Source: Takakia lepidozioides
Lineage: Eukaryota; Plantae; Bryophyta
Direction: 5' to 3'
Length of the DNA: 64,000 bases
Assembly: GCA_030704615.1 (NCBI GenBank)
Contig: CM060733.1
Location: 33,232,001 to 33,296,000, forward strand
Shown: in pieces, positions 23,967 to 38,001 of the stretch
How positions within the stretch are numbered: the stretch's first letter is position 1
How the letters are laid out: each line of letters begins with the position of its first letter
Notes under the pieces: generated by a model
Databases searched by the model: none
What the model was told of the DNA's origin: nothing
Seen by the model: only the letters and a program-made list of their open reading frames with translations
Program-made: the position numbers and the translations under genes

Positions 23967-26312
23967 ATGAACCTGAATAATATGAGGAATGTCAAGCTGC
24001 CGTCGGCCGGGCCGGCGGGGGCGCTGGCGAAGCTGGCGGTGGTCGGAGGAATAGGCTTGTACGGGGCGATGAACAGTTTGTATAATGTGGAGGGAGGTCA
24101 CCGAGCCATTGTTTTCAACCGCATTGTAGGCATCAAGGACAAGGTATGATCCCGCTCTCTCGCTATCCTCTCTCTCAGCACGATCCCTGTCATGGGCTGC
24201 ACATGATTTGGAAAGGTAGGGGGGTAATGTAGCAGTGTGACATGAATCGTATGTATAGGAGAGGATGATGTCTGTGTTAGTCCTCGATTCGACACTCAAT
24301 TCCCTGTAACCGGAGTGTGGCTTTATGCCAATGCGTCATGTTTTTCGTACCATACTCTGGTGTCGCATCTGTCGTTGACATTTTTCGTGTTACATCATTT
24401 CCGCGCTTCCTTGCGGCTTTGGTTTGACCGTCACCATAAGTGGATTAATCTGAGAAGTATTTCTGTGTTGTGGCAGGTGTATCCGGAGGGAACACACTTC
24501 ATGATTCCTTGGTTTGAAAGACCAATAATCTATGATGTTCGAGCCAGGCCCAATATTGTGGAGAGCACCTCTGGCAGTCGGGACCTGCAGATGGTATGTT
24601 CAGTTATTTTGGGAGGTTAAGAGCATAGCTCAAGGGGTGTAGGGAGTACAGAAGCATCAGCATGCACAGTTACTGTAATCATCATCTGGAGACTCTAACT
24701 TAGGTGATCACCAGGCTCAAACGCCCCATCCACCACATTCTCAATACAAGTGTAAATTCGAAGTCATTTTGCTCCTGCTCTGTAGGGAAATCTCGGGCAG
24801 AAACTAATGTAGACCACGGGGAACACGTGTATACCTGTGCTGCTTTTGTTTGACAGGTGAGAATTTCTCTACGAGTGCTGACCCGACCCATGGCAGACAA
24901 GCTTCCAACAATCTATCGTCAACTAGGCCTGGACTATGCAGAGCGGGTTTTGCCATCTATTGTTCAGGAAACCCTGAAGGCTGTTGTTGCTCAGTATAAT
25001 GCAAGCCAGCTTATTACCCAGCGTGAGGTATATTTTTTCATTCCTTTACAGAAGCGGATGTGGTAGATTTTGTGTGACTATTTTACACTGCAAAGATTTT
25101 ATGAGCCTCATATTCATCTTTTGAAGAAGTCTGCTATTTTGACCCCGAGCCCAAAAAAAGTGGACTCGTACTGGAGTAAGCACAAACTATGGTGTCTCTT
25201 CACCCTAAATGGCTACTGCCTTCTTTCTGGACCAGAACTCACATGTAACAGAGCCTTCAATGCACTTACTGCCGTCAGCTCTCATCTTGAACAGGGATAG
25301 AGGGGATGAGATAACCAGGGATAGAGAACTATAGCTATAACGAAATGGGCACTATGCGAGTGACTGATCAGTGCAGGATGTTAATGATGTAGAGGTTGTG
25401 CAAGAGGTTTACCGGAAGTATGTGGACTTTATAGCTGCCCAATGGAAGTGGAAATTTTGGGTTCTGCTAGCAGCTTATTACAGTCTTTGGACTGGTGGAT
25501 GAGGATGATGATGTAGGGGTTTTGAAGTAGAGCAAGAGGTTATCAGAAATGGGTCACCTAGAGCTACCCAATGAAACTGAAAATCTTGGGTTCTGCTAGC
25601 AGCTTGTCGCACTCTTATGACACATCTGTGTGTTTGACTTTTGCAGGTGGTGAGTAGAGAGATTCGAAGAATTCTGCTCGAGCGAGCTGCCAACTTCCAC
25701 ATTGCATTGGATGACGTGTCCATCACCAACCTCACATTTGGGCGTGAGTTCACTGCAGCCATTGAAGCCAAGCAAGTTGCTGCGCAGGAGGCTGAGCGCG
25801 CCAAGTTTGTGGTGGAGAAGGCTGAGCAGGACAAGCGCAGCGCTATCATCCGTGCTCAGGTAGTTCTTGGAACTAAACATAATCTGTCAAGGGGGGAGAA
25901 AAAGGGGTGACAAACGCCACATGCCATGCTTCGTCTGTCTTTGACCTTGGTCGCACTTGCAATCCGTACTGCAGTTACAACTTGGAATTTTGTCCTGGAG
26001 TTCAAGTGCTCGTATTGACTGGTTGGGTCCTGCACTTCGAAAAAATATCGTGTATAAGAGAAATCTTTATTGATGTGATGGCTTGGGATGTGGATGCAGG
26101 GAGAGGCAAAGAGTGCACAGCTGATTGGGGATGCAATAAAAGATAATCCAGCCTTCATAACTCTTCGCAAGATCGAGGCCAGCCGTGAAATCGCCAACAC
26201 CATCTCCACCTCTCAAAACCGCGTGTTTCTTACCTCTGATTCTTTACTTCTCAATCTCCAAGATGTTGGTGTTGAAGATGTTGGTATGTCTATGGCAAAG
26301 CACAAGAAGTGA
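23967..26312 (+). CDS. PHB2: Prohibitin, PHB2-type mitochondrial SPFH protein, ~296 aa; exons 23967-24143, 24477-24593, 24857-25027, 25647-25859, 26100-26312
   Basis: [97 protein letters not shown]. Phase-0 GT-AG introns. Confidence 0.96.
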
Positions 26313-27123
26313 ACTCAAAATTTACCCCTGCTGATAAAGTACCTGTCATTACTAGGCAAGATGACAGTGTTACGAAGATTGCAACCTTCCCATGCATGGG
26401 TAAGAAGCTCAAGTGTTGTGAGGTGTAAGATGTATTGCAGACATCTCCTAACTGCTCGGTAAGCTTTCAAAAAAATGGAATGAAATGGAGAGAAATAGGT
26501 GAAGCTGGGGGCATGCACTCTGTAGGTTTTACCCTCCCTAGCTACCCCTCATCCTTGGCCGGAGGAAATGGGGATCAGTTTTGATACAGCTTTTGATTTT
26601 AACTGGAAGGCTATCCTTGGAATATTGGCCAAACATTGCGCAGTGGAACACTGAACCATGGACCGTTGGAACATTGTCCATTGGCACTGGTCGATTGCTG
26701 GGATTAAAATTGCAGTTTGCATCACTATCTTTCGGCTTGAAGAGATTCATAGATATAGTGCGTGCCTAACCTAGGTGGAGTAGGATGGGAGTGACATTTG
26801 CTGTCATGGAACTGCCGTCGAAATCTGCTTTGGAAGCACTGGGCATTGTGATGACAAGATAATAAGCTACACGTTGGTTGGGGTGTTTCCAGTCTTACTC
26901 CTTGTGGGCACTGTGCTCTTACTTCAAAATCATAGGCCATGTCAATCATCAGCCATGCTTATGGATGAGATCTGTGTGCATTCATCGTGCATTTCACTCA
27001 TTCATTCGCAGCACTCATAAAGGAAGATGAAACCATCAGAGGGGTTTTACTTAGAACAGAAGTGTGTGGTACCCAGGGGGGATTTGTTAGACTGATCTCT
27101 TCTTGTTCTACCTCTCAGCCTCA

Positions 27124-27450
27124 TCAGATTGTTTGTTGGGGTCTTAGTTTCTTCTTCCAATCGGTTGAAGTCTATCTGAGATTGTATGTTGGGTTGAGTT
27201 GCTGATTCTTCTGGCTACTCTCAGACTGTTTGTTGGGTTTTCTAGTTTCTTCTTCCAATCTGTTCAAGTCTATCTGAGATTGTATGTTGGTTGAGTTGCT
27301 GATTCTTCTGGCTACTCTCAGACTGTTTGTTGGGTTTTCTAGTTTCTTCTTCCGATCGGTTCAAGTCTATCCGAGATTGTATGTTGGGTTGGTTTCTGAT
27401 TCTTCTCACTACTTTCACTGTTTCACATTGTTTGTTGGGTTTTCAGTTTC
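27124..27450. repeat. Tandem repeat, ~97-bp unit, 3+ copies
   Basis: The unit tcagactgtttgttgggttttctagtttcttcttccaatc...gagattgtatgttgg...ctggctactc recurs at ~27124, 27221 and 27318, plus a partial copy. Confidence 0.85.
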
Positions 27451-27804
27451 TTCTCTTATCCTGTCCAGTCTATGTTAGCCTTCTTCTTCTTCTTCTATCA
27501 AGTCTTCCAGAGGCTTTATCGGGTTTAGTGGAGAGTATATGGGTACTTGTGAATCGTTTATGGGAGTTTGAATATGTCTCCCCATTTCTCCTTTGATCAT
27601 TCTTAGATTGTTTGTTTGACTCTGTGCCTGTTACAGTCTGACTACGAAGTCATCTTTCTCAGTTTGCATTTGTTCCGTAAGCGCTAGCTGGCCTGAGGTT
27701 GAGGGCATCTTCCGCTCTTCGTGCCCCGAATCTTGTCCTCCATCGCTTACTTCGTTGTGTGGGCTCACATATTGTATTGTATTGCGCAAATTCAAAGGAA
27801 GCCA

Positions 27805-30800
27805 ATGCCACAGGCTGCATTGCATGCCACGCAAAATTGGGTGCGCTGCATTCTGCAGCAGGACAGTCTCTGCCCATGCAGGCAAGCTCTGCCCTTGTTT
27901 TACAGTGGCCAAAGAAGCCGTCTATGGAAACCCTTACGGACATTCAGTGTGCACACCTCCGAGTATTCCACCGCGGGCATAAGAGAGGTCAGGACTATCA
28001 CTGCGTATGGAACTTTCGAGTACAGGAATTGTGTTTCCTTATGAGAACTTTGACTTCTAGAGCTTTAGTGAGCGAAAACGAAAACTTTGGACCTTGATCA
28101 TAGCCCAGCCCTGAAAGCTTAGAGGGATCTGGGGTCTAAGTGATTGCTTAGCATTGTTCCCTTCGTTTGGAAGACCATCCTTTGCTTGTATCCTGGGGGC
28201 ATATTAGAATGCATGGCATTGGTTTTTGCACTCTAACGTTTGCTGGATTCCTCTTGAGAACTGAATTGTGCGTCAGGTGGAGAATGAGAACAGGAAAGGA
28301 ATATTGGAGTACCAGGGGACGGTGCCCGATGGCCTTGAAAAGACTCGATTAGACACATGGCTGGCGCGGCAATTGCCACGAGTTAGCAGGGCGCGAGTCC
28401 AGACCAGCATTCGGCAGGGACTAATTCTAGTCAATGGCCAATCCATGAATAAGGTCACCTCCGTCTCATCCACATATAATCTTGAGTTCCAGCAACTAAC
28501 GGCCAAAGTAGGAGGTTTCAAACAATTTCTGGTGGGCAAGGAGTGCCCACTCAGCTTGTAAGCAGGTTGTAGTTCAGGATCTCTCTTCCAGATGGATTTA
28601 ATAGGCAAGAAGGTGCTTTACTTCAAGGATTGTGTACTTTCAAGTGCAAAGACACAAGTACACTTCGATCTGGGCAGCAATAACATATCTCATAGTATGT
28701 TTCAACTGGGTTGGACAGGTGTCATACATAGTGAGAGAAGGAGACCAAGTTGATTGTCAGCTTTCTGGGCCCCAACCAACAGAGGCAGAACCTGAGGACA
28801 TTCCCTTGGATATTCTGTTTGAGGACAAGCATTTGTTGGTCATAAACAAACCAGCTCACATGGTAATTCTTCATAGACTACTTATCCAGTTTCAGACATA
28901 TCAGCTTTCAGGTCAATATTGTGACAATGACAACTGCCTTAAGACACAACTGGTTGCTTTTACAATTGTTTTGTTGTGAGGTATAGATTATGTGTATACG
29001 TCCATCTGGGAGTCCTCAGCAAGCCCCTGCTTCCTCCATTTATACAATCATGTGTTCGTTGTCCTGTGGCCCAAGGTCAACCAACTTGGCTAAAGAATTT
29101 TTCCAACTTCTGCTTTCTATTTGAAAGCTGTGTCTCTTTCTTCCTTTACAGTGGTGCTGCACAGGTGGTCCATCCTGCCCCAGGTCATTCAGAGGGAACG
29201 CTTGTGAATGCATTGCTGCACCATTGTGGCCTACCTGCCATGCGATACATCAGCGGATCAACTCCCAGAGCAGCTCTTGAAGACCATCCAGAGGAACTTG
29301 AGGAACTGCTGGACGACAACGATTTGGAAGTTACAGTGGAGCCACTACCTGCATGGTCAGGGCCAGCACCTGTGATACGGCCAGGCATCGTGCATCGGCT
29401 TGATAAAGGCACTAGTGGGCTTCTTGTTGTGGCCAAGGTATTCTTTGCAATCTGACATGTATCAATGGACTGCCAATGATCAGCCATACAGCCATACATG
29501 AAGAATGCCGAGTTCCATGGGATATCTTCATCATCATGGCAGGGCTTGAGAGTGCTGTATCATTCCTAATAAAATGAGTCTACCACTTCAATTGTCAGGT
29601 TAATAAAAGCACATCGGATCGCTAATATCATTGCTTGATTGAAAATATCCACTTATTGAAGTTCAGTTTCATGCTAGAATTCATTATTTCAGTTGTTGAT
29701 GTGTGTGCATTGGTTTTCAGCATAATGAACGTGGGTGCAGCACCAGGAAACTCATGAGGCTGGAGAGTTGTGTGTTTCTTTCATATTCCCAAAAGAAGCA
29801 CAACCCAAGAAAATGAGTTTTTAGTTATCTCTTACTGTCTAGTAATGCTTCCAGACAGATTACGACCTTGCAAATGTAAATTTTGTATGCATTCACAAAT
29901 TGCTTCATGTTGTTAAGTGGGCAATGTCAATTGTCGTGGGATCTCTGCTGGGAAGACAGTGGGTTGTGTGTCTCATTCTTACATGAAACCCCCGTCTGTC
30001 GTTGTATTTCTTTTTCCCAGGATGAACATGCCCATGCACACTTGTGTGACCAGTTCAAAGCTCGCACAGTCCGCAGATCCTATGTCAGCCTTACCTGTGG
30101 TGTGCCCTTCCTTATGGTTGGCCGAGTGGAGGTACCAATTGGCCGGGACTTACGTGATCGGAAGCGCATGGCAGCAGTTCCTGGTCCAATTGACAGCTCC
30201 AGGGCACGTTCAGCTGCAAGCAGGTAATCACCTTCGCCAGATTATTCTCTCCTCTGTGGGCAACCACAGTGGGAATGGATTTGGAGGATGGGAGATCCAT
30301 TTGTATCATTTCATAGATCTCCAGAAGCAGGAGTTGAATTGTTCTGATTTATGGTAGGCTGCAGCTTGACCGAAGTCTGTGCCTTATGATGATCTTAGGT
30401 GCTAAGAAATTGCACCCCATCTGTTGACTGTTCTGGGGTATTGATGGGGAGATGTTGGTTTGTGGTCCCACAAACGAAATCCGATTGCCAAAGATTTTCT
30501 CATGGCCGAGGAAGAGAAAGTGGCAGCGATCATTTGATCTGAACAGTCCTTCTGGGCAGAGTGGCACTGCATGCCAGTCATGTGAGGAGAGACCCTAACA
30601 CGATTGATTGAAGTCAGGTTTCATGTGCTTGAAGTCCTGGCTCATGGAGGCTCTGCACTTGTGGAATGGCGGCTGGAGACTGGACGCACTCATCAGGTAG
30701 CCTTCTCTTGTTTCTTTTCTACTTGGGGTGAGACCAGGGGGAACACTCCGTAAGAGAGTGCTTGGCCAGTTTACAATCTTCGCATACCAAGATGAATCAG

Positions 30801-31762
30801 ATGAGCACCTTCCTAGATGAGATTTCCTATCCATTAAAGCCGTTCAAGTTGGGGGTGCTCTATTAGGTTTGCCAGTAGAAACTGTGATAACTATATGGCA
30901 ACGAATTCTGTTGGAAAGTGCGCTTGTGGCTTTAAATATGTAGAGCATTTTCCCTTCTCTACATGGCAAATGCAGTACATGGTGCACCTAAATCTTATTC
31001 TGGAGCATTTACTCTCATGTATGTCTGCATGAGTCTCACCTCAGTTAGTCAAAAGACTCATGACTGGTAAATTTTTCACTTCAGTTGTGTGATGCGATGG
31101 TACTCAATGCCATGATGCCCATTGTCCAAGATACTGCTGCCTCCCCTAGGAGTCTGGACCGTGTCTCAGTCTGAGTGTGGCTGATCATCGGAAAAACCAG
31201 CTAAGCATTGTAGGTTTGGTCAATAAATTCATTTCTTGCTTCAGTTGAGGAATGACAATTTGTGGTAGTGGTACAGATAAGAGTGCATGCACAGCATCTT
31301 GGCTATCCATTGTTGGGAGATGAGACCTATGGGGGCACCCAGGGTGCTGCATTGGCCCGCTTGCTACCACGTTCGTCACAAGCCAATCAGGGTACCCTGC
31401 GGCATCTGGTTGCAAGGATACAACGTCCTTGCCTACATGCTCTTACTCTCGGGTACAATGCAAATCTTGGATTGTGTCTTTCACCTGCAAATTTGGGTCG
31501 AGCATTAATGTGGACCAATTGGTAGTATTGCTTGAAGAATGGGCTAAAATACAGTATTTTGGCAGCCCCACTCAGCTCGCAGAAAATGCTCGATGCATAG
31601 AACTGTGGCTGAAAGGTCATAGATTGCAGCTTTAATGTTAAGGAGTGCATGGTTGCTTGTAACAGGTTCACACATCCATGGACACTTGAGGATCACAATT
31701 TCACATGTCCTCCACCCCAGGACTTTGAAGACACATGGAATATGTTGCGTCAGCTTAGTTAG
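27805..31762 (+). CDS. RluA/RluD-family RNA pseudouridine synthase with S4 domain, organellar; exons 27805-27987, 28277-28453, 28719-28862, 29165-29437, 30021-30223, 30618-30696, 31277-31452, 31666-31762
   Basis: S4 RLDTWLA..SRARVQ, EDIPLDILFED..LLVINKPAHM|VVHPAPGH, catalytic IVHRLDKGTSGLLVVAK, LETGRTHQ|IRVH, GYPLLGDETYG, LHALTLG|FTHP. All junctions are in phase. Confidence 0.93.
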
Positions 31763-33878
31763 GTAAGCTGTAAATTGTTTCCAGTACAAAGAACTCTTGC
31801 AAGCAGACAATGAAGACATCTTTACTCCCAGAGCAGCTTTGCACCAAAGCACGGTGCATGTGCCTCATGGTTAATCCATGTCTCCTAAGCATTTTGGTGC
31901 CTGAAACCATGTCGGGTCTACACGCTACTGGTAAATATCCAGGCGAAGTATTGGCCCTCACTAGAGCTACAACACAGGGTGTGCAACAGCTGCTTTGGTC
32001 TTTGTTGAGCTGGTTCTCAATTGCAGTGCGACCCTCATGCACCATGCCCTCAATATTCAGTTAAAGATTGTTCAATCAGACACTTATGATGGTATCCAAG
32101 TATCACTGGACATTATTTGACTAAGATTGGTCAAGTTTTTGGTGGGTTGTGTTTAAGGACATTATGAAGCATCGATCCCTCATCCATGCATCCTCAAATG
32201 TTATCAAGGCAGCAGAAGAGGTCTGATTTCCTGTGACCCCTTCTTTTGTCAGTTATAAGGTGACTTGTTGAAATAGAAATGGGACAGTGAGGCTCATCAC
32301 TTGCTACTGTGGTGACAAAGTAGATCCACGCTGAACTGAAGACCTTCTCGGGGTCTAACATGCAGTGTGTTACATGATATGAAAAGGGAGCAAAGAAGCT
32401 TTCTCTTGGCGAACCTTGTGAACAGCTGGCTATTTCATTTGGGCTTAATCAACAGGTCCCTGGATGCCTAGTATATGAATCAGCAAAAACCTTCAGCTGT
32501 GTAACTGACTGCCACACGCCACCAAGTTAATCACATACATTGCCAAGCAACCAATTGTTGCCGGAAAGCTGACTACTTCCACCACATTGAGGATGGGGTT
32601 TGTTCTTGTGGCTTATTGGTGAAACAAGCAGCATGGCACTTATAAACCCTTCAAACTGAGGCCTTGTTTTTGTAAGCAAAGGGTAGGAACCATTTGCGGC
32701 AATGACTGACTGCACTCTCTATAGTGATCAGAAGTCAAGCATGGTTACTGAACATCAGAGGAGAGCTGTCGAAAGATTGCAGGGAACGGGTGGCAATAAA
32801 GCAGAAAATCATGGCTGGTTGACAGTTTTGCTCCAAAGAAGCGTCAACATTGGGAGCCCCATAACACTCAGCAAGAACGGGTACTCAAGGAAGTGTCATG
32901 CATCAAGAGTGAAATTTTCTCCTGCATTCAGCTCTTTCTTGGGAAAAACTCTCTACCTCTTCTGCCTTATCTGTAGCAAACATTAGTGCACAGAAAGGGC
33001 AAGAGATATGACCTCTATGTATGTCGACCTCCAGCAAATTGTACTACATCCAGAGGTAGAATGCTGATGAAGTTCAGTAGAAACCATTGCATCAGCAACA
33101 TCAAGGACTCTATTCTGCCAATGACAAGAGAAATCAAAGAGAGAAGATGGAAGAGATAGACTTAAAACCCTTAACCTAGAAAGGAACACCGAACTTCCCT
33201 GCACTTGAATTCAAAGCCACTCTCAAAGGGTTAAAAGATATCTTCTACATAAAAAGGTATCTTCGAAACTAGCTTTTCCGTGATGTGAAAGGATGGAAAA
33301 GGCATCTACTAAAAGATATCCACTGCCCACTCACTGACTAGATGATAGAAGTGTATCTTTAAAGCATAGTTTATACACAAAACTTCTGCACAGAGGGTAT
33401 GTCTCACGAGAAGAGAATTTTCTCCTTGTCGCGAAGCACAGAAGAGAGATCTGTAAATGTGGTAAGTAGGAGAGGCGATCTCAAATGAGGTGCGTTTCAT
33501 GGAAACTTGTAACAGTGATGACCATGACAAGTGTTGGCCTTATTATGGAAAGGAGCAGGTCAATGAGATGTATGACTTGTATACGTGTTGACTCGCTGCG
33601 CCTGCTGTGTGGGTGCTGTGTGGGGGTGTCACTTGTCACCGTCGTCCGAAAGTGGTTCCCAGTAGCTTCCCAGGATTTCCATGTCGCTTGCTTTCTCTAC
33701 ATATGTGATCTTTCTCTCACACCTCCTCGTGTTATTTTCGCTTTCCATTCCAGTTCAACTTGTGGGTTCGTTCGAAATCTCATCACTTTCTTCTGAGTTC
33801 TGCAAATCTGAATCTGAGTCACAAGACAAAATTTGCAGGGAGGGTTTACCGAAGGACGGCTTAGTTTCAGAGGCAAAG

Positions 33879-35196
33879 ATGGCACCGGAGGGACAAGAGC
33901 AGGCCACGTTTGCGGCAGGTTGTTTTTGGAGTGTGGAATTGGCATACCAGCGTATTCCTGGCGTTGTTAAGGTATTTGAAAATCTGCATCTGTTTTGGGT
34001 ATGTAACATGTGTTCTTACATATCTGTTGATTTGATGCTTTTGTGGAGTGTCGAGGGAGTTGGATTTTCGTAAAACCTCTACAATCGTCCTCTCTTTTGA
34101 AGACTCTCTGTTAATTGCTATCTCTTTCTTTCAAGGGCGAGAGTAGCAGTGTGGCTTGTTCCTTGCCTTCTAGCATTGGGATCGCAATTCGCAGGGACCG
34201 TAGCCAAAGTTTACAGGGACCGATGAGGGCTTTTGGGTTCTCATTGAACGCCAGAATGATGAGCTTATGCATGGATGATACAGACGTCAGTAGGGTATAC
34301 TCAAGGTACTACCGCAAATCCCAAATACGAACAGGTCTGCAGCGGGAAAACAGGACATGTGGAAGCTGTGCTGGTAGACTTCAGCCCTGCTGAGGTTACA
34401 TATCAGCAATTGCTTGACGCGTTCTGGAAGAAACACGATCCCACTCAATTTAACCGTCAGGTAAGGATTTTGGTTCTCAGAAGATCTCTCTCACACCACA
34501 CATACAACCGAGCTCAAGCAAGTTGGACCATCACTTAATTTTAAGCTTTGAATGAACGGTACGCCAAGTGTTGGATACGTTTGATGTCAAACTTTCTGAG
34601 GGGAGGGTAAGCTCTCTAGGGTTGGTCATACTGAATGGTTGCAAGGGTCTCTCTCTCTCTCTCTCTCAGGTAGGGGAGAGCATGCCCCTAACCCCTGCCT
34701 TCCTAGTTTCGGAAATGTGTATACCGTCTACCGCGTCATACAACTACAGGTAGAAGTGATTACATCATCTCTTCTTATAAGTGTGGCAGGGGATGCAGAA
34801 GGGGCGAAGTATTAACATGGGTTGCCAAACTTCTTGTTCATGATTTCGGATATGCCACATATTTACGTTTGTAGCAAGGCATTGTGGTCACTAACTGAAA
34901 AAAACCAAAGTATCATCTAACACGGGAGGTATGGTGTTGGACAGGGTAATGATGTGGGCTCACAGTACCGTTCAGGAATTTACTTTCACACCCCCCAACA
35001 GAAGGAGCAAGCAATTGCCTCTTTGAAAGAGGAGGAGCAACGGTTGGGGAAGAAAATTGCTACAGAAATTTTACCTGCTACTGTGTTCTACCCAGCTGAG
35101 GAATATCACCAACAATATCTTGAGAAGGGTGGGGGTAACGGAAGAGGGCAGTCAGCAGCCAAGCGATGCAATGACCCTATCCGCTGCTACGGTTAA
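33879..35196 (+). CDS. MSRA: Peptide methionine sulfoxide reductase A, ~173 aa; exons 33879-33971, 34284-34460, 34945-35196
   Basis: [10 protein letters not shown] catalytic motif, [55 protein letters not shown]-terminal CNDPIRCYG*. Confidence 0.96.
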
Positions 35197-35414
35197 GTTT
35201 GATCTCAATTCGAGCTGGTGGTCTCATTGAATCTCTAATAAAACCAGCCAATTCAGTTGTATTTCTACCAAATCCTCGTATTTGGTTTCTGTGCGTTGTC
35301 GTCTCTTCTCCATCGATTTGGCTTCTTCTATCTCTTCAATCCGCCACGATTTGGCTGATTTTACACCAGATCTGAATACTATGGATCTCTAGGCTTGTAC
35401 CTCTGAAGCAGAAG

Positions 35415-35628
35415 GAGATAACATGAAGAAACTTGCAGTTCAAATTTCTTTTGTGTATACATTGTCTCCATTGTCTCCATTCTCCTGTCAAAGACGTGGG
35501 AGTTCACAGTTCCATGTGCACGAGATAATATGAAGAAACTTGCAGTTCAAATTTCTTTCGTGTATAGATTGTCTCCATTGTCTCCATTCTCCTTTCAAAG
35601 ATGTGGAAGTTCACAGTTCCATGTGCAC
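35415..35628. repeat. Tandem duplication, ~107 bp x2
   Basis: gagataa.atgaagaaacttgcagttcaaatttc...gttccatgtgcac repeated directly. Confidence 0.9.
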
Positions 35629-36079
35629 AATTTTTGCGTTGTTTCTATAAGGTAGATGGGAATATGTTGAAAAAGAGATTGTCCCATTTTCCTCTCCATA
35701 GGATTTGGAGGCAGAACATTTGAACCCTCTTACTATGCGTTTGCTGTATAGATGTGTGATGATATAAGATGTAGATCCGATTGTGTACAAGGTGAGGTCA
35801 GGAGAAGTACAAAATTTGTGCCCTTCCTAAAAAGTCCTTCCTCTCCATTTATATGATGGTTGTTGTGAAATAATGGTATCAGTTCTATTGAATAATAATG
35901 GTAATGGTGAAGTAATGGTATCAGTTCTACATTTTTATCAATGTTTGCTTGCTATTGATGCGTCATTTCAGACCATTGGTCTTCCATGAGAGATCACTAG
36001 CGCTCCACCATGAGATCATTATCCTACAGGACTAAAACATTGATGCAACTATTTTATTTGAAAGGTATGCAACATGTTT

Positions 36080-36305
36080 TTTTTTTTTTTTTTGTTAAAG
36101 GGAAACACCTGGAAGTGACAGCTCACAAATCAGGCCCCTTGATAGAGAGGAGAAAATAACCTCTCAGTAACCTCGACGTAAGGCTTTCAGATGCGACAGG
36201 GAAGGGGGAGAAGAGTGTACCACACCCGTCAAGTAGCAGGATTTGACACAGGGTCATCCGGATGGCACTCAGTGCACTTTACCAACTGAGCTATTGACTG
36301 ATGGT
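36080..36305 (-). mobile_element. tRNA-derived SINE with poly(A) tail and 9-bp TSD
   Basis: Minus strand: A-box TAGCTCAGTTGGTAAAG, TGCCA anticodon-like loop, B-box-like GTGTCAAATCC and an A-rich tail. aacatgttt occurs at both 36071-36079 and 36306-36314. Confidence 0.8.
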
Positions 36306-37051
36306 AACATGTTTAAAAGTGATAATAAACTAGGGCTTCGCGTTGCTCCGCACTACTAGCGACGAATTCTGAGAATTATGTTCAATTCTTCACAAAAAGG
36401 GGTGGGTCATCCCCGCGGTGTTACATGTAAAGATCCCGTGTTTTGTTTTTTACTGGAAGAAAAATGGCGGATCTGCATTTCAATGTTCAATTTTCACAAG
36501 CCGCATCAATCAATAACAACATACCCAAATACCCTTACATTCACTATATGAACTTTCAAGCATCCACCATAGGATTGGAAATTGGTGGGTTAAGGCTAGC
36601 TTTTGACAATATTCATGCAAGTTCGTCAAGGGCTCCATCCAAAGCCATACCACGAGAAACAAACAAACATGTCCAAATTTAAGATGTTGAACAAACTTGT
36701 GCACAGGGCTGCCCCTCTCATCAAGCTCATTAAAATTCGTATTCACTTCCATCTTCAAGCTTTGGAGAAGCTCCACCACCCAAACCCAGAATTAGGACAG
36801 CACTCTGATTTCCATCCACTGTCACCAGAATCAGTCAAAAATCACCCCTCCAGGCAAGTGCAATTATGGGCCGACTTCCCACCTATGCCGGGTAGACCCC
36901 ACTATCATTTCCTGTGGATTTATGGCACAGGAAATGCACTCAACAGTACATCATGGTCAATACTTTCGGGAAATGGTGGATGGTGTGAGTAGCTACATCA
37001 CAGATCAATGAATGAAGCAAGACACTCGCATCTTTCCAAGAAGACATCCTT

Positions 37052-37825
37052 TCACCAGTAATCACCACAAGAACAAATCCCATCTTCAAAGTGGTGAAAG
37101 CGGTTAGCGTCCCGTACAACAATTGCTCGGCCAACAATCTTTGAGATGAATTTAGTGGAGGTGTGGCAGTCACCACACACTCGAAGATTCTTGATGAGAC
37201 GGAGAGGCGTCCTAGGGGTCATGTTGATCAGCCCAAAACCAATGGCCAGTTTCTCACTGTGGTGGCAAAGAGAAAATTCCTTTTCCTCCTCCCCACATCA
37301 TGCAATACAAAGCACCTGTCAGGCACATACCCCGCCTCCTTCATCTTCCCAGACAATCTTCTCAGCTCAGCATGGATTTCCTTAATTCTGGGATGCAACT
37401 TGTCATCTACAACGAAGGTGTGCACCCTGTTGCAAACCTCAATGCAGCAGCGACCTGGCTCCTTTTCAACCCCTCTGACCTTCATCATTCTTCTCACCTT
37501 TACAGTATCAACCCACCTGCCAGCTGCAGCATAGATGTTTGATAGCAATATAAGTCGCAGAATCCTGTTCATTCCACTTGAGGATAGATGTTGCCGCACG
37601 TTCAGCCATCTCTACATTGTCATGGATTTTGCAGGCACTAAACAAGGCCTTCCATACCACAACATTTGGATTGATTGGCATTTTATTAATCAGGTCCACT
37701 GCCTCATCCAGTTGTCCTGCACGTCCAAGAAGGTCCACCATGTAGCCAAAGTGCTATACTGTCGGAGTGACACCATGATCTTGAATCAGGGAATCGAAGA
37801 AGCGTCTTCCTCCATTCAGACCTAA
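37052..37825 (-). pseudogene. 5'-truncated, frameshifted PPR-E-DYW pseudogene
   Basis: MVDLLGRAG, E1/E2 motifs, KEPGRCCIEV, AGYVPD and terminal ..CSCGDYW* spread over three frames. Colinear with the 3' end of the intact gene. Confidence 0.88.
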
Positions 37826-38001
37826 CATTATTTTTTATTTTTTTTAAGCCTATCACAGCCGTAGGATTGAAACATGTCATAGTTAGGGTTGTACACAGGG
37901 GGAGACTCTCAACACTCACCTCGCGGCAAGTGTGCGACGCAACTTCTACCACTGTAGAATCACCAGCTTGCCAGTTGGTTTGTTGTATCTTGTGTACAGA
38001 A

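Noticed and set aside
9750-35196. Apparent cluster of organelle and RNA-modification genes as a functional unit
   Set aside because: The genes serve different compartments and pathways with no shared logic. Ordinary gene-island synteny explains it.
36225-36300. Functional tRNA gene
   Set aside because: The stems and B box are degenerate, and the sequence carries a body, A tail and TSD, so it is a SINE.
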